Below, in pieces: positions 14,497-28,775 of a stretch of DNA of 64,000 nucleotides. Source of the stretch: Eledone cirrhosa (lineage: Eukaryota); assembly GCA_964016885.1 (NCBI GenBank), contig OZ024756.1, positions 30,938,001-31,002,000 on the forward strand, read 5' to 3'. A program made the translations under genes and the position numbers. Every line of letters begins with the position of its first letter. The first letter of the stretch is position 1. Below the pieces are notes generated by a model, which saw only the letters and a program-made list of their open reading frames with translations, was not told where the DNA came from and made no database searches.

Positions 14497-14695
14497 AACA
14501 AGTAAGACCCCGACGGCTGAGCTCAAGCCGTTTCGACGGCTAATTCTGGCTAATTCAGTCCAGAATTAGCCGTCGAAACGGCTTGAGCTCAGCCGTCGGG
14601 GTCTTACTTGTTCTTATTACCCACTCTACTACCCAAAGTATTGAGTACTTTGGTGCGTTATGGTCCACCTGGTTCCTTACCACTTTTCCTTCGTT
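14493..14695 (+). mobile_element. Family A fold-back element
   Basis: Palindromic head, then GAAA-cggct..agccg-TC-ggggtc and shared tail, between (TA)n tracts. Confidence 0.8.
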
Positions 14696-14698
14696 ATA

Positions 14699-14786
<88 letters not shown>

Positions 14787-15249
14787 GTATATATATATAT
14801 ATATATATGTATATACATATATGCGTGTGTATGTTTGTATATGTATATATATATATATATACACACACACCCACCACACATAATATACACAAACAAAACA
14901 ATTTGCGTGTATAAAACTTGTCTGGATTGTTATAAAATTATTCAGTTATCTTTCATGGTTTTTCGTTTGTGCTTTTCCTTTTCTTTTTCTTTTTGTGTTT
15001 ATTTCTTGTTTTAGTATTTTTTCTCATCATTATTTTCTTGCTTTTATTATTAGTATCTTTATACAAGAGAAAATTATCATAACATGACATATCACAAGAT
15101 AACACATTTAAATTCTGATCTCGTTTTAGTAATAAATTAATATTGATTTCGTTGTTTCCTTTGTTTTTGTTTTTTTTTGTAGTTTTTTGGGGTTTTTTTC
15201 TGTTGTCCTGGTTTTTGTTTGTTTGTTTGTGTATATGTGTGTGTTTTTC

Positions 15250-15465
15250 TGCTGTTTTTATTGTTGCTTTTGTTGTTTTTGTTGTTGTTGATGCTGTCGG
15301 TGTTGTAATTGTTGCCTTTGTTGTTGGTGTTTTTGTTGTTACTGTTGCTATTGTTGTTGTTGGTGATGTTGTTATCATTCGCTTTTCTTTTGTCGGTGTT
15401 GCTATTATTGTTGTTATTGCTGTTAATATGGTCGTTATTGCAGCTTTCGTTGTTGTTGTTATTGC

Positions 15466-15496
<31 letters not shown>

Positions 15497-16100
15497 GCTT
15501 TCGATGTTGTTGTTGTTATTGCTGTTGTTGTCCTTGCTGTTATTGTGGCTTTCGTTGTTGCTGTCATTGCTGTTGCTGTCGTTGTTGTTATTGCCAATGT
15601 TGTTGTTGTTGTTACTGTGGTTTCGTTGTTGTAGGCATTGCTGTTGATGTTGTTGTTATTGCCTCTGTTGTTGTTGTTGTTATTGTCAATGTTGTTGTTG
15701 TTGTTATTGTGGCTTTCGTTGTTGTAGGTATTGCTGTTGATGTTGTTGTTATTGCCTCTGTTGGTGTTGTTGTTGTAGTTATTGTCAATGTTGTTGTTGT
15801 TGTTATTGTGGCTTTCGTTGTTGTAGGTATTGCTGTTGATGTTGTTGTTATTGCCTCTGTTGTTGTTGTTGTTTTTATTGTGGCTTTCGTTGTTGTAGGT
15901 TATTGCTGTTGTTGTTGTTGTTATTGCCTCTGTTGTTGTTATTGTGGTTTTCGTTATTGTTGTTATTGTCGCTATTTACATTGTTGTTATTGCTGTCGTT
16001 GTCGTTGTCGTTATTGTAGCTTTCGTTGTTATTGTTATTGCTGCTGTTCTAATTCGTGCTGATGCTGTTATTATACTTGTTGTTGTTTTTGTTGTTGTTG
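15250..16100. repeat. (GTT)n-derived minisatellite with about 95-bp higher-order unit
   Basis: gtggctttcgttgttgtagg..gcctctgtt repeated at about 15615, 15708, 15807 and 15879. Confidence 0.75.
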
Positions 16101-16521
16101 TTAGCGTAAAAACCCGGAAACGGATGAAAGTGGTTAGCTTTAATGGAGTGCATCAGCAATGATCAGTCCGTTGGGGGAAGTTTATCGGAATTTTCTAAGA
16201 GGTAAAGTCCATTACCAGAAGAAGAGGGGAATCTATTATGTTGAATCCTGTCAGAGAGTATATATATGCAAATACATGCGTATATACATACATACATACA
16301 TACAGACATACATAAACACACACATACATATATATATATACACACACATACATACACACATACATATATACACACATATATACACACATACATACACACA
16401 TACATGCATACCTATATACATATATACATACATACATATATACATATATACATACTTATATATGTATGTTTATGCGTATACGTTTTTGTACACAAACACA
16501 CACACACACATATATATATAC

Positions 16522-16610
<89 letters not shown>

Positions 16611-16659
16611 AATAAAATAACAAGGACTATTGGTTACTCCTTCATTACGTTTATTGGTG

Positions 16660-16744
16660 GGTGACGCGCGTTTCGCCACTGATCATCTCAAGGTTCAATC
16701 TGTATCTATCTAGCCCGACTCTGTAATCCGTGACTCGTCAGACC
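16660..16744 (-). ncRNA. Hammerhead motif with long stem II insertion (family E)
   Basis: Reverse complement reads ggt-CTGACGA-gtcac..gtggc-GAAA-C-GCGC-G-TC-acc, then AATAAA. Confidence 0.55.
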
Positions 16745-16764
16745 GCTTATAATGGAAGTGAATG

Positions 16765-16800
<36 letters not shown>

Positions 16801-17057
16801 CAAATTTCAATAAGGCCATGGATTAGTATTATTATCATTTATTCATACATACGGGGTCGACAAAATAAAGCACCAGTAACGTACTGGGGTAAATTTAATC
16901 GAATATCCCCACCGCCAAAATTACTGGCCTTGTGCCTATACCAGAAATCCTTATTTAATCATCCATCTCTACCGGTGTTTCGAGGCGGTTAGATTAACTC
17001 ATTTATTGTGGGGAAAATTAACAGATATTATCAGTAAAATTACTCCATTATTACATT

Positions 17058-17241
17058 GGCGGTGGATTGGCAGTATCGGTAGAGGGTCGGACGCCATGCT
17101 TTCCAGCATAGTTACGTCCCTTTATGATCTGAGTTCAAATCCCGCCGAGGTTGACTTTGCCTTTCATCCTTACGGGGTCGATAGAATAAAGTACCAGTAA
17201 TGCACTGATTAATTGCTGGCCTTGTGCCTAAAGTAGAAACA
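17058..17241 (+). mobile_element. Full-length SINE family 1 with 11-bp TSD
   Basis: A/B boxes; attattacatt at 17047-17057 and 17242-17252. Confidence 0.9.
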
Positions 17242-17804
17242 ATTATTACATTTAGCTTAACTCATCTTACCAATGAAAATATATATATTTACACTATATT
17301 CTCATTTTTATTTCGAATCTTTTTAATACTATCAAATAGTTTTTTACTCCTCTCTTTGGCTGCCATCTACATTGGTTTATGGTGTTATTTATCTTATTGT
17401 TATATGTTCGTTTTTGGTTTGTATATATTCATCGTGCGTTTGAAGCAACTTGGAGCTTATCTTTGTTATATGGGCATTCTTCATGCAAAAGTGCATGTCA
17501 AATCACCTTTGGATAGGACTCATTTTCAGCTGACAGAGCTGAGACGTCGTCAAACGAAATATCGTTTGGTCTGGCGAATTGTGCTCAAGAATATCTAATC
17601 CTGATAACAATACGCTAATCTCTAGATTCACTTGGTTTATATATAAATGTGCATATGCATACATTTATATATATGAGTATATAAATGTAAACGTGCAAAC
17701 ACAGACACGCTTACAAAAATACATATACATTCACGCAGGTACCAGACGACAAGGGAGAGAAATATTATGAGTTATTCAGAATACATCTCACTCTCTCTAT
17801 ATAT

Positions 17805-17875
<71 letters not shown>

Positions 17876-17900
17876 GTTTTGTGACAGAATCGCAGAAATT

Positions 17901-18010
<110 letters not shown>

Positions 18011-18019
18011 CAAATATAA

Positions 18020-18051
<32 letters not shown>

Positions 18052-18077
18052 AAATATATATATGTATATACATATAC

Positions 18078-18148
<71 letters not shown>

Positions 18149-18195
18149 CAAATATAAATATATATATATACATATACATATAACTATAAATATAA

Positions 18196-18226
<31 letters not shown>

Positions 18227-18349
18227 CATACATATATATATACATTCATATATATATACATATATATATATATACATATACATATAAATATATATATATA
18301 TACATATAAATATATATATATATACACATATATATATATATATATACAC

Positions 18350-18394
<45 letters not shown>

Positions 18395-18801
18395 TATATA
18401 TATATATATATATATATAGCTATATAGCATATACATAGCATAAAAGACGAAAGGATAACTAGCAAGTATGAACGTGTCAAATAGATCAAATAATATTTCT
18501 GTCACAGAGGTTTCAGCTGCCAATGTGATGTGGTGTATTAGCCAACACAAACACTGAGGTGAATTACTAAAATTACTAAAATAGATTTCATGAAGAATAT
18601 TCAACGGAAATAGAAATGGCAACGACGGAAGTAGAAACATGTATGAATATAGTGATTTATCACTTGCAAACATATTCACAAAGATACACACTTATACACA
18701 TATACCCACAGCCAGAGATACACACAAACGCACACACACATTCACACACACACACTGACCTATATCAATATATCTATATAGATATAGTTATATATACATA
18801 C

Positions 18802-18910
18802 ATATTTAATATAGAAATGACTTCTACAGGACTAGAACTGTCTCATTCGGGAGAAATCATCAAGCTTTCATGATGATTTCTTCCGAATGAAGCAGTTCTA
18901 TATTAAATAT
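18802..18910. repeat. Fold-back hairpin
   Basis: tagaactg..attcgggagaaatcatca / tgatgatttcttccgaat..cagttcta. Confidence 0.75.
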
Positions 18911-18979
18911 TTATAATTTGCTATCTATTGAGATTGAGTACCTTACTTACTTTGATTACACCCGGATAGACATATATAT

Positions 18980-19028
<49 letters not shown>

Positions 19029-19030
19029 TA

Positions 19031-19118
<88 letters not shown>

Positions 19119-19974
19119 AGCATCTCCATCTCTGCCACAATTGCTAGAAAGAGTAGCCGCCAAATCTCTCCCTGGTTTTTCAAGAAGGAAAACCAACAGA
19201 ATTAACTATTGAATTATATTATGTAGATAAAATATCTGAAATAAATATGGGATAGTCGTGGTTAGGGCGTTTGAGCAAAGATCTGCTCGATCAAGTAAAA
19301 CTTGGCGCTACATAACGATAAAATCAGAAAAAAAAAGTATTTTCGATCAATATAATAGTGTCTCGTTTACTAAGTCAATGCTGGGGAGGTCACTGGAAGC
19401 CTGAGCTCGCATACAATATTTCTGTATTTATGTATAAATATTTAAACAATCGATAAAGCAATCGTCTGCTCTCTTCCTCACATTCTCATCCTCATGGAAT
19501 ACATAACGTTGCAACCGTATTTATAGTCCTTATAAATGCCGAGATTTCAAACCACTCAAAGTAAATCCCGTGTTTGTATTTGTAACTAAACACCGTCATG
19601 TCAGGCAATGTTTAATGCAATATCTTAATTCTTGTATTGTAGCCTGAGGTCTCTTTAAACATTCTGTCTTTGATCAGAGTCTAGTGTTTGTATGAATTAC
19701 AATGCAGACGAGAAGACTGCTTTGCTTTCTGCATTAACCAGTTAATTCTTAATACAGAAATCTCTTGGACATTATATATATCTATTATTTATTTAATATA
19801 TCACACATGAAAACAATTTATACATTGTCAGAATCGAGAGAGTGTCGGACAAAATAATGTGGTATTTATTTAAGAGCTTTATACGTTCAGAATTCAAAAC
19901 CCGGCGTGATCAACTTTTATCCATCTGAATTCCATAAAACAAAGTATTACTTAATTATAATAGATCTCTGTCAA

Positions 19975-20240
19975 CGACAGTTCTAGTTGTTTGATCAATG
20001 AATCAATGAAATGAAAGAGTATGCACGTAAAATTAACGTGTAACTGAGTATTCCATAGTTACGTGCACCATAACATAGATTGTCCATTGGAATTACAGGT
20101 ACATTTCTTTTTCCCAGATGAAGGTTCAACTGCATTGTGAAATACACTTTCTTGCCCAAGGACACAACACCTCAGCAACAATCGAACCCACGATCTTAGG
20201 ATTGCAAACCAAAACAGCTTAACCACTAATACACATGCAT
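19975..20240 (-). mobile_element. Degenerate tRNA-headed SINE, family 3
   Basis: tRNA-like head at the right end (atcgaacccacgatc, cttgcccaaggacacaac); body similar to 42262-42525 and 24170-24255. Confidence 0.55.
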
Positions 20241-20271
20241 CCCCAATTGTTTTGATATTGGAGTCGATTTA

Positions 20272-20609
20272 CCGTATTTACCGGCGTTCAAAAAGCAATT
20301 TTTTTCATAAAACAAGTCTCAAAAATCTATCATGCGTCCTGGGGGCCGATGGATTGGCAGTATCGGTAGAGGGTCGGACGCCATGCTTTCCAGCATAGTT
20401 ACCTCCCTTTACGATCTGAGTTCAAATCCCGCCGAGGTTGACTTTGACTTTCATCCTTACGGGGTCGATAAAATAAAGTACCAGTAATGCACTGGGTAAT
20501 TGCTGGCCTTGTGCCTAAAGTAGAAACAATTATTTGTTTTCAAATTTTTGTTTGTCAAAATTAGGGCGCGTCCTCTAAGACGAAGCGTCTTCGGCGCCGG
20601 GAAATACGG
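20272..20609. mobile_element. pogo/Tc2-like MITE interrupted by a SINE
   Basis: TIRs CCGTATTTACCGGCG / CGCCGGGAAATACGG, left flank TA. Confidence 0.65.
20349..20533 (+). mobile_element. SINE family 1 nested in MITE
   Basis: Near-identical to the 17058 copy. Confidence 0.9.
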
Positions 20610-21110
20610 CAATTAACAGTTTCTGAAGTTTTATTATCTTCTTTTATCAATGAAACTAAAACCAAGAACCTGGAACTGATATTTTATGGCATTCCTGCAT
20701 TTTAGTTGATAACGATAGGATAAAACTATTCGTTACGCAATTCTGTCTCTCTAAATATAAGTAGTTTGATGTCTAATTTTACATCGTTAAGGATATCTAA
20801 TAATTATAGAAACATATCCATTGATGTTACATGGTTTATATACAAAGTCGACTTACATTCCATGGGATTATATTGTTTCAAAACACTTGGATCATGGAAT
20901 AATTTAGAAGTTCTTTACCATGCCCACTTTTCCTCATCTGAACACCTGTAAAGGCAGATTAAGTGTTGATTCAATTTCTTTATCCACTCACTCTATCTAG
21001 CCTACAAGTCTCTATTTTTATGTATAACCAATTATTTGTGAAGGAAAAATAATTAGCAACCTACATACATAGTGCATACATACATGCATAAATACATACA
21101 TGTGTGTATG

Positions 21111-21155
<45 letters not shown>

Positions 21156-21235
21156 GCGTATGTGTGTGTGATTCTGTATATACATGTATATGAATATATA
21201 TATATATATATATACATATGCACATATATAATATG

Positions 21236-21286
<51 letters not shown>

Positions 21287-22059
21287 TTGCACAAGTCCTC
21301 CATCATATATTATGTATATGCCAAAATGGCAGTAATCTCATCTGAGTTGTTTATTTTTTTGCTCAATCTCTCTCTATATATATATATAATTCCCAACTTT
21401 GAGTATTGATCAAAAATTAATAAATGTTTGCTCACAATATTGGAATATAAAATTTTATTATCATCGAATTTAAATTTGTTGTTATTCTGCATTTCATTTA
21501 TTTATATCATTATTTGTTTTGCTTCATTCGAAGTTTTCGAAAAACAAGATTATTTTACAGAAATTCAATTTACCAAAATCTATTTGCTTTAACCATATTA
21601 TTTATACTTTTCTGCTTCGGTATAAACTAACATTTTAAGTAACGTTTATTCTTTGTAGTTGGGTAAAAACCTCATTAATATCGGTTTTATGATGATTTCA
21701 TATATTGGCACCATGCCCATAAAATGCGTTCAAGCCTGGATTTGTGGTAAAGAAAGCTCGTTAAAATAACTAAGAGTTTATGAGTTCGATTGCACAGCGT
21801 TGAATCTCGAGCAAATGTATTCTATTATATTCTATCATAGCTGCCGCCGCTCTACAAAAGCCTTAACCCATCCAGTGAATGAATTTACAGAATGTTTTAT
21901 GGTTATAGACGGAAACTGTGAGAAAGCCTGTTACTTTAGTGTGCAGTCTAGTGCAGCACCCGCAGTGTATGTTGTGTAAAGGCAGGCCTCTTTACCTCAT
22001 TTAGAGCAGGAGTAAGGTTAGAGCGAAGGCAAGGTTTAGGTTTGTAGTTGAAGGAGACA

Positions 22060-22600
22060 ATACGCTAAAATATAAATAGCCACGTGGACTACACACCACA
22101 CTGTAAGAGGCCGTGTATTCCGAACCAGAAAATATCTCTTCATGAGGTTTTTCAGGCACATTTAGAGAAAAGCAGCCATCCTTTTGAGGAATTTTGTCCG
22201 ACCGCTTCCACTTCGCTCCGGTCACCGTCTAGACTTCAGGGGTATGTACCCCGTTCTGCTGAACTCCTCTGCAAGATCGGAGCATCCCCGCCTGAGGAGG
22301 GAGCCCCACGAGATTAGGGGGCTGTTGCAGCGGGTGTCACAGGCCATCGTCCAGGGTAATGCTTTTGCCGTCTTGTGAGCGTGTCGCAGCACTTCTGCTC
22401 TTTTGCCCTAGGCCTAAAGCCCAATCACCCTCTCCTTTCACCCCTGCTCTCTCTTCTGCGACAGCAGAGTTCTTGCCATCCCATCCCTTTCCCGTTCTTT
22501 TTCTTCTTTCTTTCTCACATTGTTTTCTATATCCCCCTATTCTTTCTTTCCTTTTGTTTCCCCCATTTTTTTTCTTACTACATTTCATTTAAAAAATAAA
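22060..22600 (+). pseudogene. CRE-like non-LTR retrotransposon 3' fragment (RLE domain, frameshifted) plus 3' UTR
   Basis: Frames read LSDRFHFAPVTV*TSGV, ELLCKIG and REPHEIRGLLQRVSQAIVQGNAFAVL*, matching the CRE-type QRxSxAIxRGNA C-terminal motif. Confidence 0.65.
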
Positions 22601-23911
22601 CATCTATTTGAATAAACATGTTGATAAATAGAGTTGCTAATAATTTTGTCTTTTTACGGTTTTTGAAGAGGCATATTTATCCTTGCGTGTAGTCAGAAGC
22701 GTGTAAAAGTATTAACACCAAGAAAGTGATGCAGTCGAAAAGAACCCTATAATGATGATGGGACCTTTGCTGGAACCCACAATGCCTTTTCTGGAAAAAC
22801 TACCCTTAAAATTAATTCTCTATAGCACTATTTGTAATACGAGTGTATTTGACGAATATATGTTAATGTCGGTCTCCAGCGTGTTCATGGTTCAGGTTTT
22901 TTTTATATCCGCAGTAATATTGGTGTCAATTTTCTAAACCTGTATTTGACATCGAATCAGTATCTCATTCATCGTATAGAAGACAGCTATCAAGAGCTTG
23001 TTCTTCCCATATCAATGTGGTCTTTCACGCATCTGTTTTTTTTATGCCTGCATGTCAAAATGTACGATGTTTGTTATATTAATCATTTGATCAACTTTTT
23101 TCTGTATATGTATATAAGTAAATGTATAGAAATGTATGAAATATTTTGAACAAGCTAAATAACGAAATAAAGAAAGATTTTTAATCAAATTTGGATACAA
23201 AAATACATATTAGAATGCCAATATATGCAATCTTTATCTGGAATAATTAATAACCACGGCCATTATATTGAGAGGCTGATAAAAAAAAATACATACACAA
23301 AAAAAAAAAGAATTCAATCTCGGAGTGTCTATCAAAACAGATAATTTTTTATACGAAAGAATTTCTTAAAGACATTATTACAAGATTAAATTTTAAATAA
23401 TACAATGAATATACAAGCCCCAAAAAGATGCAAATTAAATATTTCAAATTTAAAATAATGAAGACAATTTGGAATAGCTTTGATTTCTGTATGCAAGTTA
23501 AATTATCTAGTGGCTATGCAATTTGTTTTTACCTCTTCCTATTCAGTTGGGCAAGAAATTATCATGTCGAAAATCTTTAGATTATTTTATAATCTATAAT
23601 TACAATTGCAAATTCAATATCTGCCTTCAGACATATTGGTAAAATAACTTCGACGATCAATTAAAAGAAACAAACGCATCGTATTCTCTTGTTTTTCGTG
23701 ATCAGGTATGTATGCCCGTCTGACTGTATATCTGTGTGTATGTATATATATATATATGTGTGTGTGACTGACTGTATATATGTATATATGGGTATATGTG
23801 TGTATGTGTGTCTATGTGTGTATGTATGTATATATGTATGTATGCGTGTATACATGCATGTGTGTATCTATATATGTTGTACGTATGTGTGTGTGTATAT
23901 ATATATATCTT

Positions 23912-23962
<51 letters not shown>

Positions 23963-24660
23963 TTGTATCTAAATATCGATGTATGTATATAAACCCGTTC
24001 AATGTTTAAGCATTTGGTCAATAAGATATCACTTACAGAAAGCAGAAAAGAGCGATTATTTATTTCTCCATTTAATTTTACAATTTGGAGGAATTGTAAT
24101 TAGCATTAAATTGCTAACAACATACAACCGTATATATAATGGAATGGGTTTGCATTGGTTTCGATAATGAGTGTTCTAGTTGTTTGATTGGGCAGCCTGT
24201 GCGTGAAATATGAAATGAAAGTGTATGGAGAGGCGTATTTCATGTTCACGTGTACTCTAATAGCAGATACAAATGGAATTGTTTAAGGCAGTCACAATGC
24301 ACTCAATGGTGCGAAAGTTTAATATAGTTTCGTCCAGATTAAAGACAAAGTTAAGAAAGTGTGACACCAAGAAAAGTGAACAAATTATTATGCCCATAAT
24401 TATACCACAACAACGATAAATACAAAACAGATCTAACAATACCCTGGACCATATCCAGTAGATAATACTGGAAAGAAATCGATAAAGAATCTGCGATAGG
24501 TTTCTGAATACGGAGGATACAGGTCATATTTGGTCATCTGGGTGTCCCTTCATCAGCAGGTTGTGTCCAGTATTATCAAAAGCGGTTCAGTCTGAAGACA
24601 TTCAGACATTCTACCAAAGTAGTAAACTCGCTTGTATCCTCACGTGAATATCCCTTCTTA

Positions 24661-24695
<35 letters not shown>

Positions 24696-25088
24696 GCAAA
24701 AGTTCTATTTAAAACCATTCATCGTCGAAATAGACGGAGGCCCATTTCACTTCCTCGGGAAAGACAACGATTCTTATTAATTCGTTAAGGCGTTAAACAT
24801 TTCTGTTCGTATTATTTATAATTGATGATCATCGGACATCGATAAATGTAACCTTTTGGGAATTTCACAATGACTGTTTCCGACAAATATAATTAACTAT
24901 CTCGAATTTAATTAATATTATTTCTTATATTATATGTTCTATGCTCGGAGTGATATAGTTACTTTATACCTATTATGTTATGTATTTGTCTGCAATTAAA
25001 CAGATAATGTGTATACACAGAGAAGATAAATAAAAACATCTGCTAAACCTCAGATGTAATACTAATCAAGATTGTAAATACTTACCCC

Positions 25089-25189
<101 letters not shown>

Positions 25190-25245
25190 TGGGTGTGTGT
25201 GTGAGGGTACGTGTGTGTGTGTATGTGTGTGTTTGTGTGTGTGTT

Positions 25246-25288
<43 letters not shown>

Positions 25289-25299
25289 ATATATATATA

Positions 25300-25610
25300 T
25301 ATACACACATGTGTGTGTATGTATTATGTATTTATGGATATATAGATATATGTATGATATATTTATATATGTATATATGTATATATATATATATATATGT
25401 AGATATGTGTGTATATATGTGCATATATATATATATATACACATATATATATATATGTGTATATATATATATATATGTGTGTATATATATATATATATGC
25501 ACATATATACACACATATCTACATATATATATATATATATACATATATACATATATAAATATATCATACATATATCTATATATCCATAAATACATAATAC
25601 ATACACACAC

Positions 25611-25620
<10 letters not shown>
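25300..25620. repeat. Palindrome built from compound TA/TG low-complexity DNA
   Basis: Interruptions such as gtattatgtatttatgga and gtagatatg are mirrored exactly about 25460. Confidence 0.8.
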
Positions 25621-25665
<45 letters not shown>

Positions 25666-26040
25666 ATTACATACATTCTTATATAGGTGTGTATGCATGC
25701 TTAAATATTTTCTAACTTCATTCGATTAGTATGCGTAAAGAAAGCCGCGGTATTTACTTAGTTTACAAGAAAATTGAGAGTGACACAGAGTGGCAAGGCT
25801 GTCAGTTTGAATTACAGGTACAATAAATTTCTTCCAACTGAACGGAATATACTGTTTTGTAGGAAGACGAAAAGTACCAACAAGAATTGAACGCACGATA
25901 TTACGTTTGTGGGCCAAACAGCTTAACCTCAAATCTACACATTATATTAGTGTACTACGTAAAACTAACATCGCTGGTAACATAACAAACAGAGAAATAG
26001 TATCTATGAAATTAACACCACAGCCGTAACTTTATTATCG

Positions 26041-26436
26041 TGGATTGGCAGTATCGGTAGAGGGTCGGACGCCATGCTTTCCAGCATAGTTACGTCCCTT
26101 TTCGATCTGAGTTCAAATCCCGCCGAGGTTGACTTTGCCTTTCATCCTTACGGGGTCGATAAAATAAAGTACCAGTAATGCACTGGGTAATTGCTGGCCT
26201 TGTGCCTAATGTAGAAACAATTATTATATGAGATAATATCACAGGGCGGTGGATTGGCAGTATCGGTAGAGAGTCGGACGCCATGCTTTCCAGCATAGTT
26301 ACGTCCCTTTACGATCTGATTTCAAATCCCGCCGAGGTTGACTTTACCTTTCATCCTTACGGGGGTCGATAAAATAAAGTACCAGTAATGCACTGGTTAA
26401 TTGCTGGCCTTGTGCCTAAAGTAGAAACAATTATTA
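26041..26436 (+). mobile_element. Tandem dimer of SINE family 1 (26041-26226, 26245-26436)
   Basis: Two near-identical head-to-tail copies. Confidence 0.9.
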
Positions 26437-26764
26437 TATGCGATTATTGACTGACTACAAATTAGTTCAAATATTGATATTTCCAACATAAGTATAGCTG
26501 ACTATGTGTCTAAGGTGTGAAGGGCGTGGGTGGCAGGGTGTAGGTACTGGTTGTTATTGTTAGGTCCCAGGTACATGTTTAATGGTCTGTGATAAAGAAG
26601 GCGTTATAGCCATCGCACCCTTATCCTGTCATTAATCATTTTTCTTCAAACATACTTCAGCTATGCTACATTTAAATATGTTCCTAAATATAAATATATA
26701 TATATATGTATGTATGTATGTATATATATATATATAAAATATATATATATGTATGTATATATAT

Positions 26765-26828
<64 letters not shown>

Positions 26829-26980
26829 ATATATATACATACATATATATATATATAACTCTTGGTAGATTTATCTACATATATATATATATATATATAT
26901 ACTCGCTCAAGAGAGGTGACTGTTTCTGCGCATCCGTATTCGTACGGTTGTTTTTTCCTTTTCCGTACAACCTCATTCAG

Positions 26981-27023
26981 ATCGAGCTGAGGATCCGAAT
27001 AAGGTGAAATATTTGTTCTCGGT
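26981..27023 (+). ncRNA. Minimal hammerhead motif
   Basis: atcgag-CTGAGGA-tcc gaataa ggt-GAAA-T-ATTT-G-TT-ctcggt; 6-bp stem I, weak stem II. Confidence 0.5.
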
Positions 27024-27089
27024 ATGGTGAACTAACTCTTGTGGAACTACTCATTTCTCTCTCTCTATATATATATATATATATAATAT

Positions 27090-27126
<37 letters not shown>

Positions 27127-27128
<2 letters not shown>

Positions 27129-27310
27129 CGAAGGAAATGTGGTAAGGGACCAGGTGGACCATAATGCACCAACGTACTCAATACTTGGGGTAGTAGAGTG
27201 GGTAATAGGAACGAGTAGGACCCCGACGGCTGAGCTCAAGCTGTTTCGACGGCTAATTCTGGACTAAAGAAAAAAAAAAAAAAATTCAGAATTAGCCGTC
27301 GAAACTCGTT

Positions 27311-27314
<4 letters not shown>
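27127..27314 (-). mobile_element. Family A fold-back element
   Basis: Family A sequence; poly-A at the fold-back centre. Confidence 0.8.
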
Positions 27315-27361
<47 letters not shown>

Positions 27362-27418
27362 GCAAACACATATATAAATGCACACACACACACAGGCCTA
27401 TAATATCTATAATATATA

Positions 27419-27481
<63 letters not shown>

Positions 27482-27530
27482 TTTCTTTTACTTTCTGTAT
27501 CTATTCTTTGTGACCCTGTCTCTATTTTTG

Positions 27531-27566
27531 TACACCTGAAGAAGGGTTAAAGCTCGAAATGTCAAA
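27531..27566 (+). ncRNA. Ultra-minimal hammerhead-like motif
   Basis: CTGAAGA-a-gggtt aa agctc-GAAA-TGTC; stem I weak. Confidence 0.4.
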
Positions 27567-27646
27567 CTTTCTTTCTCCTTTTCCATATAAAACGTGAAAC
27601 CAATAAGTATTTTTGTGGCTCTGTTTTCTCGTTTCCTTCAACTATA

Positions 27647-27711
<65 letters not shown>

Positions 27712-27748
27712 TATATATTATAGATATTATAGGCCTGTGTGTGTGTGC

Positions 27749-27791
<43 letters not shown>

Positions 27792-27794
27792 GAG

Positions 27795-27829
<35 letters not shown>

Positions 27830-27914
27830 TTATATATATATATAGAGAGAGAGAGAGAAAGAGAGAGAGAGCGAGAAGAAGGAGAGGAGAGAGAGAGAAG
27901 AGAGAGAAAGAGAT

Positions 27915-27997
<83 letters not shown>

Positions 27998-28520
27998 CAA
28001 AGAAAGAAACAGACTTTTAGATATATTAGAGTTAGGTTTGTCTGTAATTATAACTGTCGAAGGCAATCGGAATTATATTTCAAATTAGGAAACAAATTGA
28101 TATCTATGTGATGGCACTTTCAGCTGATACAGAAACGCTGTTGTAATAACTTCACTAAAGAGGTTATCATTAGGAATATGATACTGGGATATATATGATA
28201 AGAAATGTCTTAATAATGGATGTGTAATTAGCAATCTGATAACAGATAGTAATTAAATATTCATTAAGGATATTTTATGGTCCAAACGTAAGATGCATTT
28301 GGAATTATGAATAAATATTTGCATGTTTCATTATTAATCTTTATCATCTACGTACGATGTATTTACCACTTTGATACCATTTCTCTGATGAAATAGATTA
28401 ACCATAATTTTCAAATAGATTTGAAAATACTCAAGAATTTAGACGTATTTAGTAATCTATCCTTTTTCATGTTAAGGCTTCGTATAGGAAATAATGAAGA
28501 AAGGATTTTAAATATATATA

Positions 28521-28775
28521 CAGGGTGAGGCAAAAGTCACGCATGTGAGAGGCCCTGTCGACTGGACACCGAGGTCACCAGAGCTCACAATTTTGGATTT
28601 TTTTTCTATGGTGCCATTTGAAATCAGTTGTTTATCAGACGCACCCAAGAAATATTGAGGAACTTAAAGAAAGAATTAAATATAAATGTAGTAAAATGAC
28701 AGAGGAAACTCTCCGGCGTGTTAGTGGATCAAGCCGGCACAGAATTGAAATATGTTTTAAAAAGGAGGACATTTT
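28521..28775 (+). mobile_element. Internally deleted Tc1/mariner element
   Basis: TA-CAGGGTG terminus joined directly to frameshifted WTPRSPELTILDFF..LKSVVYQTHPRNIEELKERI (WPPRSPDL motif). Confidence 0.75.

Noticed and set aside
14953-15597. 214-aa Thr/Ala-rich mucin-like ORF
   Set aside because: (AAC)n-derived repeat open in several frames on both strands, with no splice or domain support
28385-28420. CTGATGA core (also at about 47731)
   Set aside because: No stems or GAAA; the second instance is a (GAT)n microsatellite
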